64,000 bases of DNA from Nemertoderma westbladi (Eukaryota; Animalia; Xenacoelomorpha): positions 74,000 to 137,999 of the forward strand of contig JAUCBJ010002800.1 of assembly GCA_032718475.1 (NCBI GenBank), read 5' to 3'. Position numbers and translations under genes: made by a program. How positions within the stretch are numbered: the first letter of the stretch is position 1; each line of letters starts with the position of its first letter. Below are positions 1-15,000 of the stretch, piece after piece. The notes under the pieces were generated by a model, which was not told the origin of the DNA, searched no databases, and saw nothing but the letters and a program-made list of their open reading frames with translations.

Positions 1-3000
1 GGAGTAATTAAAGTTATATTGGTTACCCATGGAGTAATTAAAGTTATATTGGCTACCCATGGAGTAATTAAAGTTATATTGGTTACCCAAGGAGTAATTA
101 AAGTTATATTGGCTACCCATGGAGTAATTAAAGTTATATTGGCTACCCATGGAGTAATTAAAGTTATATTAGCTACTCCGTAATTAAAGTTATATTGGCT
201 ACCCATGGAGTAATTAAAGTTATATTGGCTACCCAAGGAGTAATTAAAGTTATATTAGCTACTCCGTAATTAAAGTTATATTGGCTACTCCGTAATTAAA
301 GTTATATTGGCTACCCAAGGAGTAATTAAAGTTATTGGCTACCCATGGAGTAATTAAAGTTATATTGGCTACCCATGGAGTAATTAAAGTTATATTGGCT
401 ACCCATGGAGTAATTAAAGTTATATTGGCTACCCATGGAGTAATTAAAGTTATATTGGCTGCACATGGAGTAATTAAAGTTATATTGGCTACCCATGGAG
501 TAATTAAAGTTATATTGGCTACCCATGGAGTAATTAAAGTTATATTGGCTACCCAAGGAGTAATTAAAGTTATATTAGCTACTCCGTAATTAAAGTTATA
601 TTGGTTACCCAAGGAGTAATTAAAGTTATATTGGCTACCCATGGAGTAATTAAAGTTATATTGGCTACCCATGGAGTAATTAAAGTTATATTGGCTACCC
701 ATGGAGTAACTAAAGTTATATGAGCTACTCCGTAATTAAAGTTATATTGGTTACCCATGGAGTAATTAAAGTTATATTGGCTACCCATGGAGTAATTAAA
801 GTTATATTGGCTACCCATGGAGTAATTAAAGTTATATTGGCTACCCATGGAGTAATTAAAGTTATATTAGCTACTCCGTAATTAAAGTTATATTGGTTAC
901 CCATGGAGTAATTAAAGTTATATTGGCTACCCATGGAGTAACTAAAGTTATATGAGCTACTCCGTAATTAAAGTTATATTGGTTACCCATGGAGTAATTA
1001 AAGTTATATTGGCTACCCATGGAGTAATTAAAGTTATATTAGCTACTCCGTAATTAAAGTTATATTGGCTACCCATGGAGTAATTAAAGTTATTGGCTAC
1101 CCATGGAGTAATTAAAGTTATATTAGCTACTCCGTAATTAAAGTTATATTGGCTACCCATGGAGTAATTAAAGTTATATTAGCTACTCCGTAATTAAAGT
1201 TATATTGGCTACCCATGGAGTAATTAAAGTTATATTGGCTACCCAAGGAGTAATTAAAGTTATATCGGCTACCCATGGAGTAATTAAAGTTATATTGGCT
1301 ACTCCGTAATTAAAGTTATATTAGCTACTCCGTAATTAAAGTTTTATTGGTTACCCATGGAGTAATTAAAGTTATATTGGTTACCCATGGAGTAATTAAA
1401 GTTATATTGGTTACCCATGGAGTAATTAAAGTTATATTGGCTACCCATGGAGTAATTAAAGTTATATTGGTTACCCAAGGAGTAATTAAAGTTATATTGG
1501 CTACCCATGGAGTAATTAAAGTTATATTGGCTACCCATGGAGTAATTAAAGTTATATTAGCTACTCCGTAATTAAAGTTATATTGGCTACCCATGGAGTA
1601 ATTAAAGTTATATTGGCTACCCATGGAGTAATTAAAGTTATATTGGCTACCCATGGAGTAATTAAAGTTATATTAGCTACTCCGTAATTAAAGTTATATT
1701 GGCTACCCATGGAGTAATTAAAGTTATATTGGCTACCCATGGAGTAATTAAAGTTATATTGGTTACCCATGGAGTAATTAAAGTTATATTGGTTACCCAT
1801 GGAGTAATTAAAGTTATATTGGTTACCCATGGAGTAATTAAAGTTATATTGGTTACCCATGGAGTAATTAAAGTTATATTGGCTACCCATGGAGTAATTA
1901 AAGTTATATTGGTTACCCAAGGAGTAATTAAAGTTATATTGGCTACCCATGGAGTAATTAAAGTTATATTGGTTACCCATGGAGTAATTAAAGTTATATT
2001 GGTTACCCATGGAGTAATTAAAGTTATATTGGTTACCCATGGAGTAATTAAAGTTATATTGGTTACCCATGGAGTAATTAAAGTTATATTGGTTACCCAT
2101 GGAGTAATTAAAGTTATATTGGCTACCCATGGAGTAATTAAAGTTATATTGGTTACCCAAGGAGTAATTAAAGTTATATTGGCTACCCATGGAGTAATTA
2201 AAGTTATATTGGCTACCCATGGAGTAATTAAAGTTATATTAGCTACTCCGTAATTAAAGTTATATTGGCTACCCATGGAGTAATTAAAGTTATATTGGCT
2301 ACCCATGGAGTAATTAAAGTTATATTGGCTACCCATGGAGTAATTAAAGTTATATTAGCTACTCCGTAATTAAAGTTATATTGGCTACCCATGGAGTAAT
2401 TAAAGTTATATTGGCTACCCATGGAGTAATTAAAGTTATATTGGTTACCCATGGAGTAATTAAAGTTATATTGGTTACCCATGGAGTAATTAAAGTTATA
2501 TTGGTTACCCATGGAGTAATTAAAGTTATATTGGTTACCCATGGAGTAATTAAAGTTATATTGGCTACCCATGGAGTAATTAAAGTTATATTGGTTACCC
2601 AAGGAGTAATTAAAGTTATATTGGCTACCCATGGAGTAATTAAAGTTATATTGGCTACCCATGGAGTAATTAAAGTTATATTAGCTACTCCGTAATTAAA
2701 GTTATATTGGCTACCCATGGAGTAATTAAAGTTATATTGGCTACCCAAGGAGTAATTAAAGTTATATTAGCTACTCCGTAATTAAAGTTATATTGGCTAC
2801 TCCGTAATTAAAGTTATATTGGCTACCCAAGGAGTAATTAAAGTTATTGGCTACCCATGGAGTAATTAAAGTTATATTGGCTACCCATGGAGTAATTAAA
2901 GTTATATTGGCTACCCATGGAGTAATTAAAGTTATATTGGCTACCCATGGAGTAATTAAAGTTATATTGGTTACCCATGGAGTAATTAAAGTTATATTGG

Positions 3001-6000
3001 TTACCCATGGAGTAATTAAAGTTATATTGGTTACCCATGGAGTAATTAAAGTTATATTGGTTACCCATGGAGTAATTAAAGTTATATTGGCTACCCATGG
3101 AGTAATTAAAGTTATATTGGTTACCCAAGGAGTAATTAAAGTTATATTGGCTACCCATGGAGTAATTAAAGTTATATTGGCTACCCATGGAGTAATTAAA
3201 GTTATATTAGCTACTCCGTAATTAAAGTTATATTGGCTACCCATGGAGTAATTAAAGTTATATTGGCTACCCAAGGAGTAATTAAAGTTATATTAGCTAC
3301 TCCGTAATTAAAGTTATATTGGCTACTCCGTAATTAAAGTTATATTGGCTACCCAAGGAGTAATTAAAGTTATTGGCTACCCATGGAGTAATTAAAGTTA
3401 TATTGGCTACCCATGGAGTAATTAAAGTTATATTGGCTACCCATGGAGTAATTAAAGTTATATTGGCTACCCATGGAGTAATTAAAGTTATATTGGCTGC
3501 ACATGGAGTAATTAAAGTTATATTGGCTACCCATGGAGTAATTAAAGTTATATTGGCTACCCATGGAGTAATTAAAGTTATATTGGCTACCCAAGGAGTA
3601 ATTAAAGTTATATTAGCTACTCCGTAATTAAAGTTATATTGGTTACCCAAGGAGTAATTAAAGTTATATTGGCTACCCATGGAGTAATTAAAGTTATATT
3701 GGCTACCCATGGAGTAATTAAAGTTATATTGGCTACCCATGGAGTAACTAAAGTTATATGAGCTACTCCGTAATTAAAGTTATATTGGTTACCCATGGAG
3801 TAATTAAAGTTATATTGGCTACCCATGGAGTAATTAAAGTTATATTGGCTACCCATGGAGTAATTAAAGTTATATTGGCTACCCATGGAGTAATTAAAGT
3901 TATATTAGCTACTCCGTAATTAAAGTTATATTGGTTACCCATGGAGTAATTAAAGTTATATTGGCTACCCATGGAGTAACTAAAGTTATATGAGCTACTC
4001 CGTAATTAAAGTTATATTGGTTACCCATGGAGTAATTAAAGTTATATTGGCTACCCATGGAGTAATTAAAGTTATATTAGCTACTCCGTAATTAAAGTTA
4101 TATTGGCTACCCATGGAGTAATTAAAGTTATTGGCTACCCATGGAGTAATTAAAGTTATATTAGCTACTCCGTAATTAAAGTTATATTGGCTACCCATGG
4201 AGTAATTAAAGTTATATTAGCTACTCCGTAATTAAAGTTATATTGGCTACCCATGGAGTAATTAAAGTTATATTGGCTACCCAAGGAGTAATTAAAGTTA
4301 TATCGGCTACCCATGGAGTAATTAAAGTTATATTGGCTACTCCGTAATTAAAGTTATATTAGCTACTCCGTAATTAAAGTTTTATTGGTTACCCATGGAG
4401 TAATTAAAGTTATATTGGTTACCCATGGAGTAATTAAAGTTATATTGGTTACCCATGGAGTAATTAAAGTTATATTGGCTACCCATGGAGTAATTAAAGT
4501 TATATTGGTTACCCAAGGAGTAATTAAAGTTATATTGGCTACCCATGGAGTAATTAAAGTTATATTGGCTACCCATGGAGTAATTAAAGTTATATTAGCT
4601 ACTCCGTAATTAAAGTTATATTGGCTACCCATGGAGTAATTAAAGTTATATTGGCTACCCATGGAGTAATTAAAGTTATATTGGCTACCCATGGAGTAAT
4701 TAAAGTTATATTAGCTACTCCGTAATTAAAGTTATATTGGCTACCCATGGAGTAATTAAAGTTATATTGGCTACCCATGGAGTAATTAAAGTTATATTGG
4801 TTACCCATGGAGTAATTAAAGTTATATTGGTTACCCATGGAGTAATTAAAGTTATATTGGTTACCCATGGAGTAATTAAAGTTATATTGGTTACCCATGG
4901 AGTAATTAAAGTTATATTGGCTACCCATGGAGTAATTAAAGTTATATTGGTTACCCAAGGAGTAATTAAAGTTATATTGGCTACCCATGGAGTAATTAAA
5001 GTTATATTGGTTACCCATGGAGTAATTAAAGTTATATTGGTTACCCATGGAGTAATTAAAGTTATATTGGTTACCCATGGAGTAATTAAAGTTATATTGG
5101 TTACCCATGGAGTAATTAAAGTTATATTGGTTACCCATGGAGTAATTAAAGTTATATTGGCTACCCATGGAGTAATTAAAGTTATATTGGTTACCCAAGG
5201 AGTAATTAAAGTTATATTGGCTACCCATGGAGTAATTAAAGTTATATTGGCTACCCATGGAGTAATTAAAGTTATATTAGCTACTCCGTAATTAAAGTTA
5301 TATTGGCTACCCATGGAGTAATTAAAGTTATATTGGCTACCCATGGAGTAATTAAAGTTATATTGGCTACCCATGGAGTAATTAAAGTTATATTAGCTAC
5401 TCCGTAATTAAAGTTATATTGGCTACCCATGGAGTAATTAAAGTTATATTGGCTACCCATGGAGTAATTAAAGTTATATTGGTTACCCATGGAGTAATTA
5501 AAGTTATATTGGTTACCCATGGAGTAATTAAAGTTATATTGGTTACCCATGGAGTAATTAAAGTTATATTGGTTACCCATGGAGTAATTAAAGTTATATT
5601 GGCTACCCATGGAGTAATTAAAGTTATATTGGTTACCCAAGGAGTAATTAAAGTTATATTGGCTACCCATGGAGTAATTAAAGTTATATTGGCTACCCAT
5701 GGAGTAATTAAAGTTATATTAGCTACTCCGTAATTAAAGTTATATTGGCTACCCATGGAGTAATTAAAGTTATATTGGCTACCCAAGGAGTAATTAAAGT
5801 TATATTAGCTACTCCGTAATTAAAGTTATATTGGCTACCCATGGAGTAATTAAAGTTATATTGGCTACCCAAGGAGTAATTAAAGTTATATTAGCTACTC
5901 CGTAATTAAAGTTATATTGGCTACTCCGTAATTAAAGTTATATTGGCTACCCAAGGAGTAATTAAAGTTATTGGCTACCCATGGAGTAATTAAAGTTATA

Positions 6001-9000
6001 TTGGCTACCCATGGAGTAATTAAAGTTATATTGGCTACCCATGGAGTAATTAAAGTTATATTGGCTACCCATGGAGTAATTAAAGTTATATTGGCTGCAC
6101 ATGGAGTAATTAAAGTTATATTGGCTACCCATGGAGTAATTAAAGTTATATTGGCTACCCATGGAGTAATTAAAGTTATATTGGCTACCCAAGGAGTAAT
6201 TAAAGTTATATTAGCTACTCCGTAATTAAAGTTATATTGGTTACCCAAGGAGTAATTAAAGTTATATTGGCTACCCATGGAGTAATTAAAGTTATATTGG
6301 CTACCCATGGAGTAATTAAAGTTATATTGGCTACCCATGGAGTAACTAAAGTTATATGAGCTACTCCGTAATTAAAGTTATATTGGTTACCCATGGAGTA
6401 ATTAAAGTTATATTGGCTACCCATGGAGTAATTAAAGTTATATTGGCTACCCATGGAGTAATTAAAGTTATATTGGCTACCCATGGAGTAATTAAAGTTA
6501 TATTAGCTACTCCGTAATTAAAGTTATATTGGTTACCCATGGAGTAATTAAAGTTATATTGGCTACCCATGGAGTAACTAAAGTTATATGAGCTACTCCG
6601 TAATTAAAGTTATATTGGTTACCCATGGAGTAATTAAAGTTATATTGGCTACCCATGGAGTAATTAAAGTTATATTAGCTACTCCGTAATTAAAGTTATA
6701 TTGGCTACCCATGGAGTAATTAAAGTTATTGGCTACCCATGGAGTAATTAAAGTTATATTAGCTACTCCGTAATTAAAGTTATATTGGCTACCCATGGAG
6801 TAATTAAAGTTATATTAGCTACTCCGTAATTAAAGTTATATTGGCTACCCATGGAGTAATTAAAGTTATATTGGCTACCCAAGGAGTAATTAAAGTTATA
6901 TCGGCTACCCATGGAGTAATTAAAGTTATATTGGCTACTCCGTAATTAAAGTTATATTAGCTACTCCGTAATTAAAGTTTTATTGGTTACCCATGGAGTA
7001 ATTAAAGTTATATTGGTTACCCATGGAGTAATTAAAGTTATATTGGTTACCCATGGAGTAATTAAAGTTATATTGGCTACCCATGGAGTAATTAAAGTTA
7101 TATTGGTTACCCAAGGAGTAATTAAAGTTATATTGGCTACCCATGGAGTAATTAAAGTTATATTGGCTACCCATGGAGTAATTAAAGTTATATTAGCTAC
7201 TCCGTAATTAAAGTTATATTGGCTACCCATGGAGTAATTAAAGTTATATTGGCTACCCATGGAGTAATTAAAGTTATATTGGCTACCCATGGAGTAATTA
7301 AAGTTATATTAGCTACTCCGTAATTAAAGTTATATTGGCTACCCATGGAGTAATTAAAGTTATATTGGCTACCCATGGAGTAATTAAAGTTATATTGGTT
7401 ACCCATGGAGTAATTAAAGTTATATTGGTTACCCATGGAGTAATTAAAGTTATATTGGTTACCCATGGAGTAATTAAAGTTATATTGGTTACCCATGGAG
7501 TAATTAAAGTTATATTGGCTACCCATGGAGTAATTAAAGTTATATTGGTTACCCAAGGAGTAATTAAAGTTATATTGGCTACCCATGGAGTAATTAAAGT
7601 TATATTGGTTACCCATGGAGTAATTAAAGTTATATTGGTTACCCATGGAGTAATTAAAGTTATATTGGTTACCCATGGAGTAATTAAAGTTATATTGGTT
7701 ACCCATGGAGTAATTAAAGTTATATTGGTTACCCATGGAGTAATTAAAGTTATATTGGCTACCCATGGAGTAATTAAAGTTATATTGGTTACCCAAGGAG
7801 TAATTAAAGTTATATTGGCTACCCATGGAGTAATTAAAGTTATATTGGCTACCCATGGAGTAATTAAAGTTATATTAGCTACTCCGTAATTAAAGTTATA
7901 TTGGCTACCCATGGAGTAATTAAAGTTATATTGGCTACCCATGGAGTAATTAAAGTTATATTGGCTACCCATGGAGTAATTAAAGTTATATTAGCTACTC
8001 CGTAATTAAAGTTATATTGGCTACCCATGGAGTAATTAAAGTTATATTGGCTACCCATGGAGTAATTAAAGTTATATTGGTTACCCATGGAGTAATTAAA
8101 GTTATATTGGTTACCCATGGAGTAATTAAAGTTATATTGGTTACCCATGGAGTAATTAAAGTTATATTGGTTACCCATGGAGTAATTAAAGTTATATTGG
8201 CTACCCATGGAGTAATTAAAGTTATATTGGTTACCCAAGGAGTAATTAAAGTTATATTGGCTACCCATGGAGTAATTAAAGTTATATTGGCTACCCATGG
8301 AGTAATTAAAGTTATATTAGCTACTCCGTAATTAAAGTTATATTGGCTACCCATGGAGTAATTAAAGTTATATTGGCTACCCAAGGAGTAATTAAAGTTA
8401 TATTAGCTACTCCGTAATTAAAGTTATATTGGCTACCCATGGAGTAATTAAAGTTATATTGGCTACCCAAGGAGTAATTAAAGTTATATTGGCTACTCCG
8501 TAATTAAAGTTATATTGGCTACCCAAGGAGTAATTAAAGTTATTGGCTACCCATGGAGTAATTAAAGTTATATTGGCTACCCATGGAGTAATTAAAGTTA
8601 TATTGGCTACCCATGGAGTAATTAAAGTTATATTGGCTACCCATGGAGTAATTAAAGTTATATTGGCTGCACATGGAGTAATTAAAGTTATATTGGCTAC
8701 CCATGGAGTAATTAAAGTTATATTGGCTACCCATGGAGTAATTAAAGTTATATTGGCTACCCAAGGAGTAATTAAAGTTATATTAGCTACTCCGTAATTA
8801 AAGTTATATTGGTTACCCAAGGAGTAATTAAAGTTATATTGGCTACCCATGGAGTAATTAAAGTTATATTGGCTACCCATGGAGTAATTAAAGTTATATT
8901 GGCTACCCATGGAGTAACTAAAGTTATATGAGCTACTCCGTAATTAAAGTTATATTGGTTACCCATGGAGTAATTAAAGTTATATTGGCTACCCATGGAG

Positions 9001-12000
9001 TAATTAAAGTTATATTGGCTACCCATGGAGTAATTAAAGTTATATTGGCTACCCATGGAGTAATTAAAGTTATATTAGCTACTCCGTAATTAAAGTTATA
9101 TTGGTTACCCATGGAGTAATTAAAGTTATATTGGCTACCCATGGAGTAACTAAAGTTATATGAGCTACTCCGTAATTAAAGTTATATTGGTTACCCATGG
9201 AGTAATTAAAGTTATATTGGCTACCCATGGAGTAATTAAAGTTATATTAGCTACTCCGTAATTAAAGTTATATTGGCTACCCATGGAGTAATTAAAGTTA
9301 TTGGCTACCCATGGAGTAATTAAAGTTATATTAGCTACTCCGTAATTAAAGTTATATTGGCTACCCATGGAGTAATTAAAGTTATATTAGCTACTCCGTA
9401 ATTAAAGTTATATTGGCTACCCATGGAGTAATTAAAGTTATATTGGCTACCCAAGGAGTAATTAAAGTTATATCGGCTACCCATGGAGTAATTAAAGTTA
9501 TATTGGCTACTCCGTAATTAAAGTTATATTAGCTACTCCGTAATTAAAGTTTTATTGGTTACCCATGGAGTAATTAAAGTTATATTGGCTACTCCGTAAT
9601 TAAAGTTATATTAGCTACTCCGTAATTAAAGTTATATTAGCTACTCCGTAATTAAAGTTATATTGGCTACCCAAGGAGTAATTAAAGTTATATTGGTTAC
9701 CCATGGAGTAATTAAAGTTATATTAGCTACTCCGTAATTAAAGTTATATTGGCTACCCAAGGAGTAATTAAAGTTATATTGGCTACCCAAGGAGTAATTA
9801 AAGTTATATTGGTTACCCATGGAGTAATTAAAGTTATATTAGCTACTCCGTAATTAAAGTTATATTGGCTACCCAAGGAGTAATTAAAGTTATATTGGCT
9901 ACCCAAGGAGTAATTAAAGTTATATTGGTTACCCATGGAGTAATTAAAGTTATATTAGCTACTCCGTAATTAAAGTTATATTGGCTACCCAAGGAGTAAT
10001 TAAAGTTATATTGGTTACCCATGGAGTAATTAAAGTTATATTAGCTACTCCGTAATTAAAGTTATATTGGCTACACATGGAGTAATTAAAGTTATATTGG
10101 CTGCCCATGGAGTAATTAAAGTTATATTGGCTACCCATGGAGTAATTAAAGTTATATTAGCTACTCCGTAATTAAAGTTATATTGGCTACCCATGGAGTA
10201 ATTAAAGTTATATTGGCTACCCATGGAGTAATTAAAGTTATATTTGTTACCCATGGAGTAATTAAAGTTATATTAGCTACTCCGTAATTAAAGTTATATT
10301 GGCTACCCATGGAGTAATTAAAGTTATATTGGCTACCCATGGAGTAATTAAAGTTATATTAGCTACTCCGTAATTAAAGTTATATTGGCTACCCAAGGAG
10401 TAATTAAAGTTATATTAGCTACTCCGTAATTAAAGTTATATTGGCTACCCATGGAGTAATTAAAGTTATATTAGCTACTCCGTAATTAAAGTTATATTGG
10501 CTACCCATGGAGTAATTAAAGTTATATTGGCTGCCCATGGAGTAATTAAAGTTATATTGGCTACCCATGGAGTAATTAAAGTTATATTAGCTACTCCGTA
10601 ATTAAAGTTATATTGGCTACCCAAGGAGTAATTAAAGTTATATTGGCTACCCATGGAGTAATTAAAGTTATATTGGCTACCCATGGAGTAATTAAAGTTA
10701 TATTAGCTACTCCGTAATTAAAGTTATATTGGCTACCCATGGAGTAATTAAAGTTATATTGGCTACCCATGGAGTAATTAAAGTTATATTAGCTACTCCG
10801 TAATTAAAGTTATATTGGCTACCCATGGAGTAATTAAAGTTATATTGGCTAGCCATGGAGTAATTAAAGTTATATTGGCTACCCGTGGAGTAATTAAAGT
10901 TATATTTGTTACCCAAGGAGTAATTAAAGTTATATTAGCTACTCCGTAATTAAAGTTATATTGGCTACCCATGGAGTAATTAAAGTTATATTGGCTACCC
11001 ATGGAGAAATTAAAGTTATATTGGCTACCCATGGAGTAATTAAAGTTATATTGGTTACCCATGGAGTAATTAAAGTTATATTGGTTACCCATGGAGTAAT
11101 TAAAGTTATATTAGCTACTCCGTAATTAAAGTTATATTGGTTACCCATGGAGTAATTAAAGTTATATTGGCTACCCATGGAGTAATTAAAGTTATATTGG
11201 TTACCCATGGAGTAATTAAAGTTATATTTGTTACCCATGGAGTAATTAAAGTTATATTAGCTACTCCGTAATTAAAGTTATATTGGTTACCCATGGAGTA
11301 ATTAAAGTTATATTGGCTACCCATGGAGTAATTAAAGTTATATTGGTTACCCATGGAGTAATTAAAGTTATATTGGTTACCCATGGAGTAATTAAAGTTA
11401 TATTAGCTACTCCGTAATTAAAGTTATATTGGTTACCCATGGAGTAATTAAAGTTATATTGGCTACCCATGGAGTAATTAAAGTTATATTGGTTACCCAT
11501 GGAGTAATTAAAGTTATATTGGTTACCCATGGAGTAATTAAAGTTATATTGGTTACCCATGGAGTAATTAAAGTTATATTGGTTACCCATGGAGTAATTA
11601 AAGTTATATTGGCTACCCATGGAGTAATTAAAGTTATATTGGTTACCCAAGGAGTAATTAAAGTTATATTGGCTACCCATGGAGTAATTAAAGTTATATT
11701 GGCTACCCATGGAGTAATTAAAGTTATATTAGCTACTCCGTAATTAAAGTTATATTGGCTACCCATGGAGTAATTAAAGTTATATTGGCTACCCATGGAG
11801 TAATTAAAGTTATATTGGCTACCCATGGAGTAATTAAAGTTATATTAGCTACTCCGTAATTAAAGTTATATTGGCTACCCATGGAGTAATTAAAGTTATA
11901 TTGGCTACCCATGGAGTAATTAAAGTTATATTGGTTACCCATGGAGTAATTAAAGTTATATTGGTTACCCATGGAGTAATTAAAGTTATATTGGTTACCC

Positions 12001-15000
12001 ATGGAGTAATTAAAGTTATATTGGTTACCCATGGAGTAATTAAAGTTATATTGGCTACCCATGGAGTAATTAAAGTTATATTGGTTACCCAAGGAGTAAT
12101 TAAAGTTATATTGGCTACCCATGGAGTAATTAAAGTTATATTGGCTACCCATGGAGTAATTAAAGTTATATTAGCTACTCCGTAATTAAAGTTATATTGG
12201 CTACCCATGGAGTAATTAAAGTTATATTGGCTACCCATGGAGTAATTAAAGTTATATTGGCTACCCATGGAGTAATTAAAGTTATATTGGCTACCCATGG
12301 AGTAATTAAAGTTATATTGGCTACCCAAGGAGTAATTAAAGTTATATTGGCTACCCAAGGAGTAATTAAAGTTATATTTGTTACCCAAGGAGTAATTAAA
12401 GTTATATTAGCTACTCCGTAATTAAAGTTATATTAGCTACTCCGTAATTAAAGTTATATTGGCTACCCATGGAGTAATTAAAGTTATATTGGCTACCCAT
12501 GGAGTAATTAAAGTTATATTGGCTACCCATGGAGTAATTAAAGTTATATTGGCTACCCATGGAGTAATTAAAGTTATATTGGCTACCCATGGAGTAATTA
12601 AAGTTATATTGGCTACCCATGGAGTAATTAAAGTTATATTGGTTACCCATGGAGTAATTAAAGTTATATTGGCTACCCATGGAGTAATTAAAGTTATATT
12701 GGTTACCCATGGAGTAATTAAAGTTATATTAGCTACTCCGTAATTAAAGTTATATTGGCTACCCATGGAGTAATTAAAGTTATATTGGCTACCCATGGAG
12801 TAATTAAAGTTATATTGGCTACCCAAGGAGTAATTAAAGTTATATTGGCTACCCAAGGAGTAATTAAAGTTATATTTGTTACCCAAGGAGTAATTAAAGT
12901 TATATTGGCTACCCATGGAGTAATTAAAGTTATATTAGCTACTCCGTAATTAAAGTTATATTGGTTACCCATGGAGTAATTAAAGTTATATTAGCTACTC
13001 CGTAATTAAAGTTATATTAGCTACTCCGTAATTAAAGTTATATTGGCTACCTATGGAGTAATTAAAGTTATATTGGCTACCCATGGAGTAATTAAAGTTA
13101 TATTGGCTACCCATGGAGTAATTAAAGTTATTGGCTGCCCATGGAGTAATTAAAGTTATATTGGCTACCTATGGAGTAATTAAAGTTATATTGGCTACCC
13201 ATGGAGTAATTAAAGTTATATTGGCTACCCATGGAGTAATTAGAGTGATATTGGCTACCCATGGAGTAATTAAAGTTATTGGCTACCCAAGGAGTAATTA
13301 AAGTTATATTGGCTACCCATGGAGTAATTAAAGTTATATTAGCTACTCCGTAATTAAAGTTATATTGGTTACCCATGGAGTAATTAAAGTTATATTGGCT
13401 ACCCATGGAGTAATTAAAGTTATTGGCTACCCATGGAGTAATTAAAGTTATATTGGCTACCCATGGAGTAATTAAAGTTATATTGGCTACCCATGGAGTA
13501 ATTAAAGTTATTGGCTACCCATGGAGTAATTAAAGTTATATTGGCTACCCATGGAGTAATTAAAGTTATATTGGCTACCCATGGAGTAATTAAAGTTATA
13601 TTGGCTACCCATGGAGTAATTAGAGTGATATTGGCTACCCATGGAGTAATTAAAGTTATTGGCTACCCAAGGAGTAATTAAAGTTATATTGGCTACCCAT
13701 GGAGTAATTAAAGTTATTGGCTACCCATGGAGTAATTAAAGTTATATTGGCTACCCATGGAGTAATTAAAGTTATATTGGCTACCCATGGAGTAATTAGA
13801 GTGATATTGGCTACCCATGGAGTAATTAAAGTTATTGGCTACCCAAGGAGTAATTAAAGTTATATTGGCTACCCATGGAGTAATTAAAGTTATATTGGCT
13901 ACCCATGGAGTAATTAAAGTTATATTGGCTACCCATGGAGTAATTAAAGTTATATTGGCTACCCATGGAGTAATTAAAGTTATATTGGCTACCCATGGAG
14001 TAATTAAAGTTATATTGGCTACCCATGGAGTAATTAAAGTTATATTGGTTACCCATGGAGTAATTAAAGTTATATTGGCTACCCATGGAGTAATTAAAGT
14101 TATATTGGTTACCCATGGAGTAATTAAAGTTATATTAGCTACTCCGTAATTAAAGTTATATTGGCTACCCATGGAGTAATTAAAGTTATATTGGCTACCC
14201 ATGGAGTAATTAAAGTTATATTGGCTACCCAAGGAGTAATTAAAGTTATATTGGCTACCCAAGGAGTAATTAAAGTTATATTTGTTACCCAAGGAGTAAT
14301 TAAAGTTATATTGGCTACCCATGGAGTAATTAAAGTTATATTAGCTACTCCGTAATTAAAGTTATATTGGTTACCCATGGAGTAATTAAAGTTATATTAG
14401 CTACTCCGTAATTAAAGTTATATTAGCTACTCCGTAATTAAAGTTATATTGGCTACCTATGGAGTAATTAAAGTTATATTGGCTACCCATGGAGTAATTA
14501 AAGTTATATTGGCTACCCATGGAGTAATTAAAGTTATTGGCTGCCCATGGAGTAATTAAAGTTATATTGGCTACCTATGGAGTAATTAAAGTTATATTGG
14601 CTACCCATGGAGTAATTAAAGTTATATTGGCTACCCATGGAGTAATTAGAGTGATATTGGCTACCCATGGAGTAATTAAAGTTATTGGCTACCCAAGGAG
14701 TAATTAAAGTTATATTGGCTACCCATGGAGTAATTAAAGTTATATTAGCTACTCCGTAATTAAAGTTATATTGGTTACCCATGGAGTAATTAAAGTTATA
14801 TTGGCTACCCATGGAGTAATTAAAGTTATTGGCTACCCATGGAGTAATTAAAGTTATATTGGCTACCCATGGAGTAATTAAAGTTATATTGGCTACCCAT
14901 GGAGTAATTAAAGTTATTGGCTACCCATGGAGTAATTAAAGTTATATTGGCTACCCATGGAGTAATTAAAGTTATATTGGCTACCCATGGAGTAATTAAA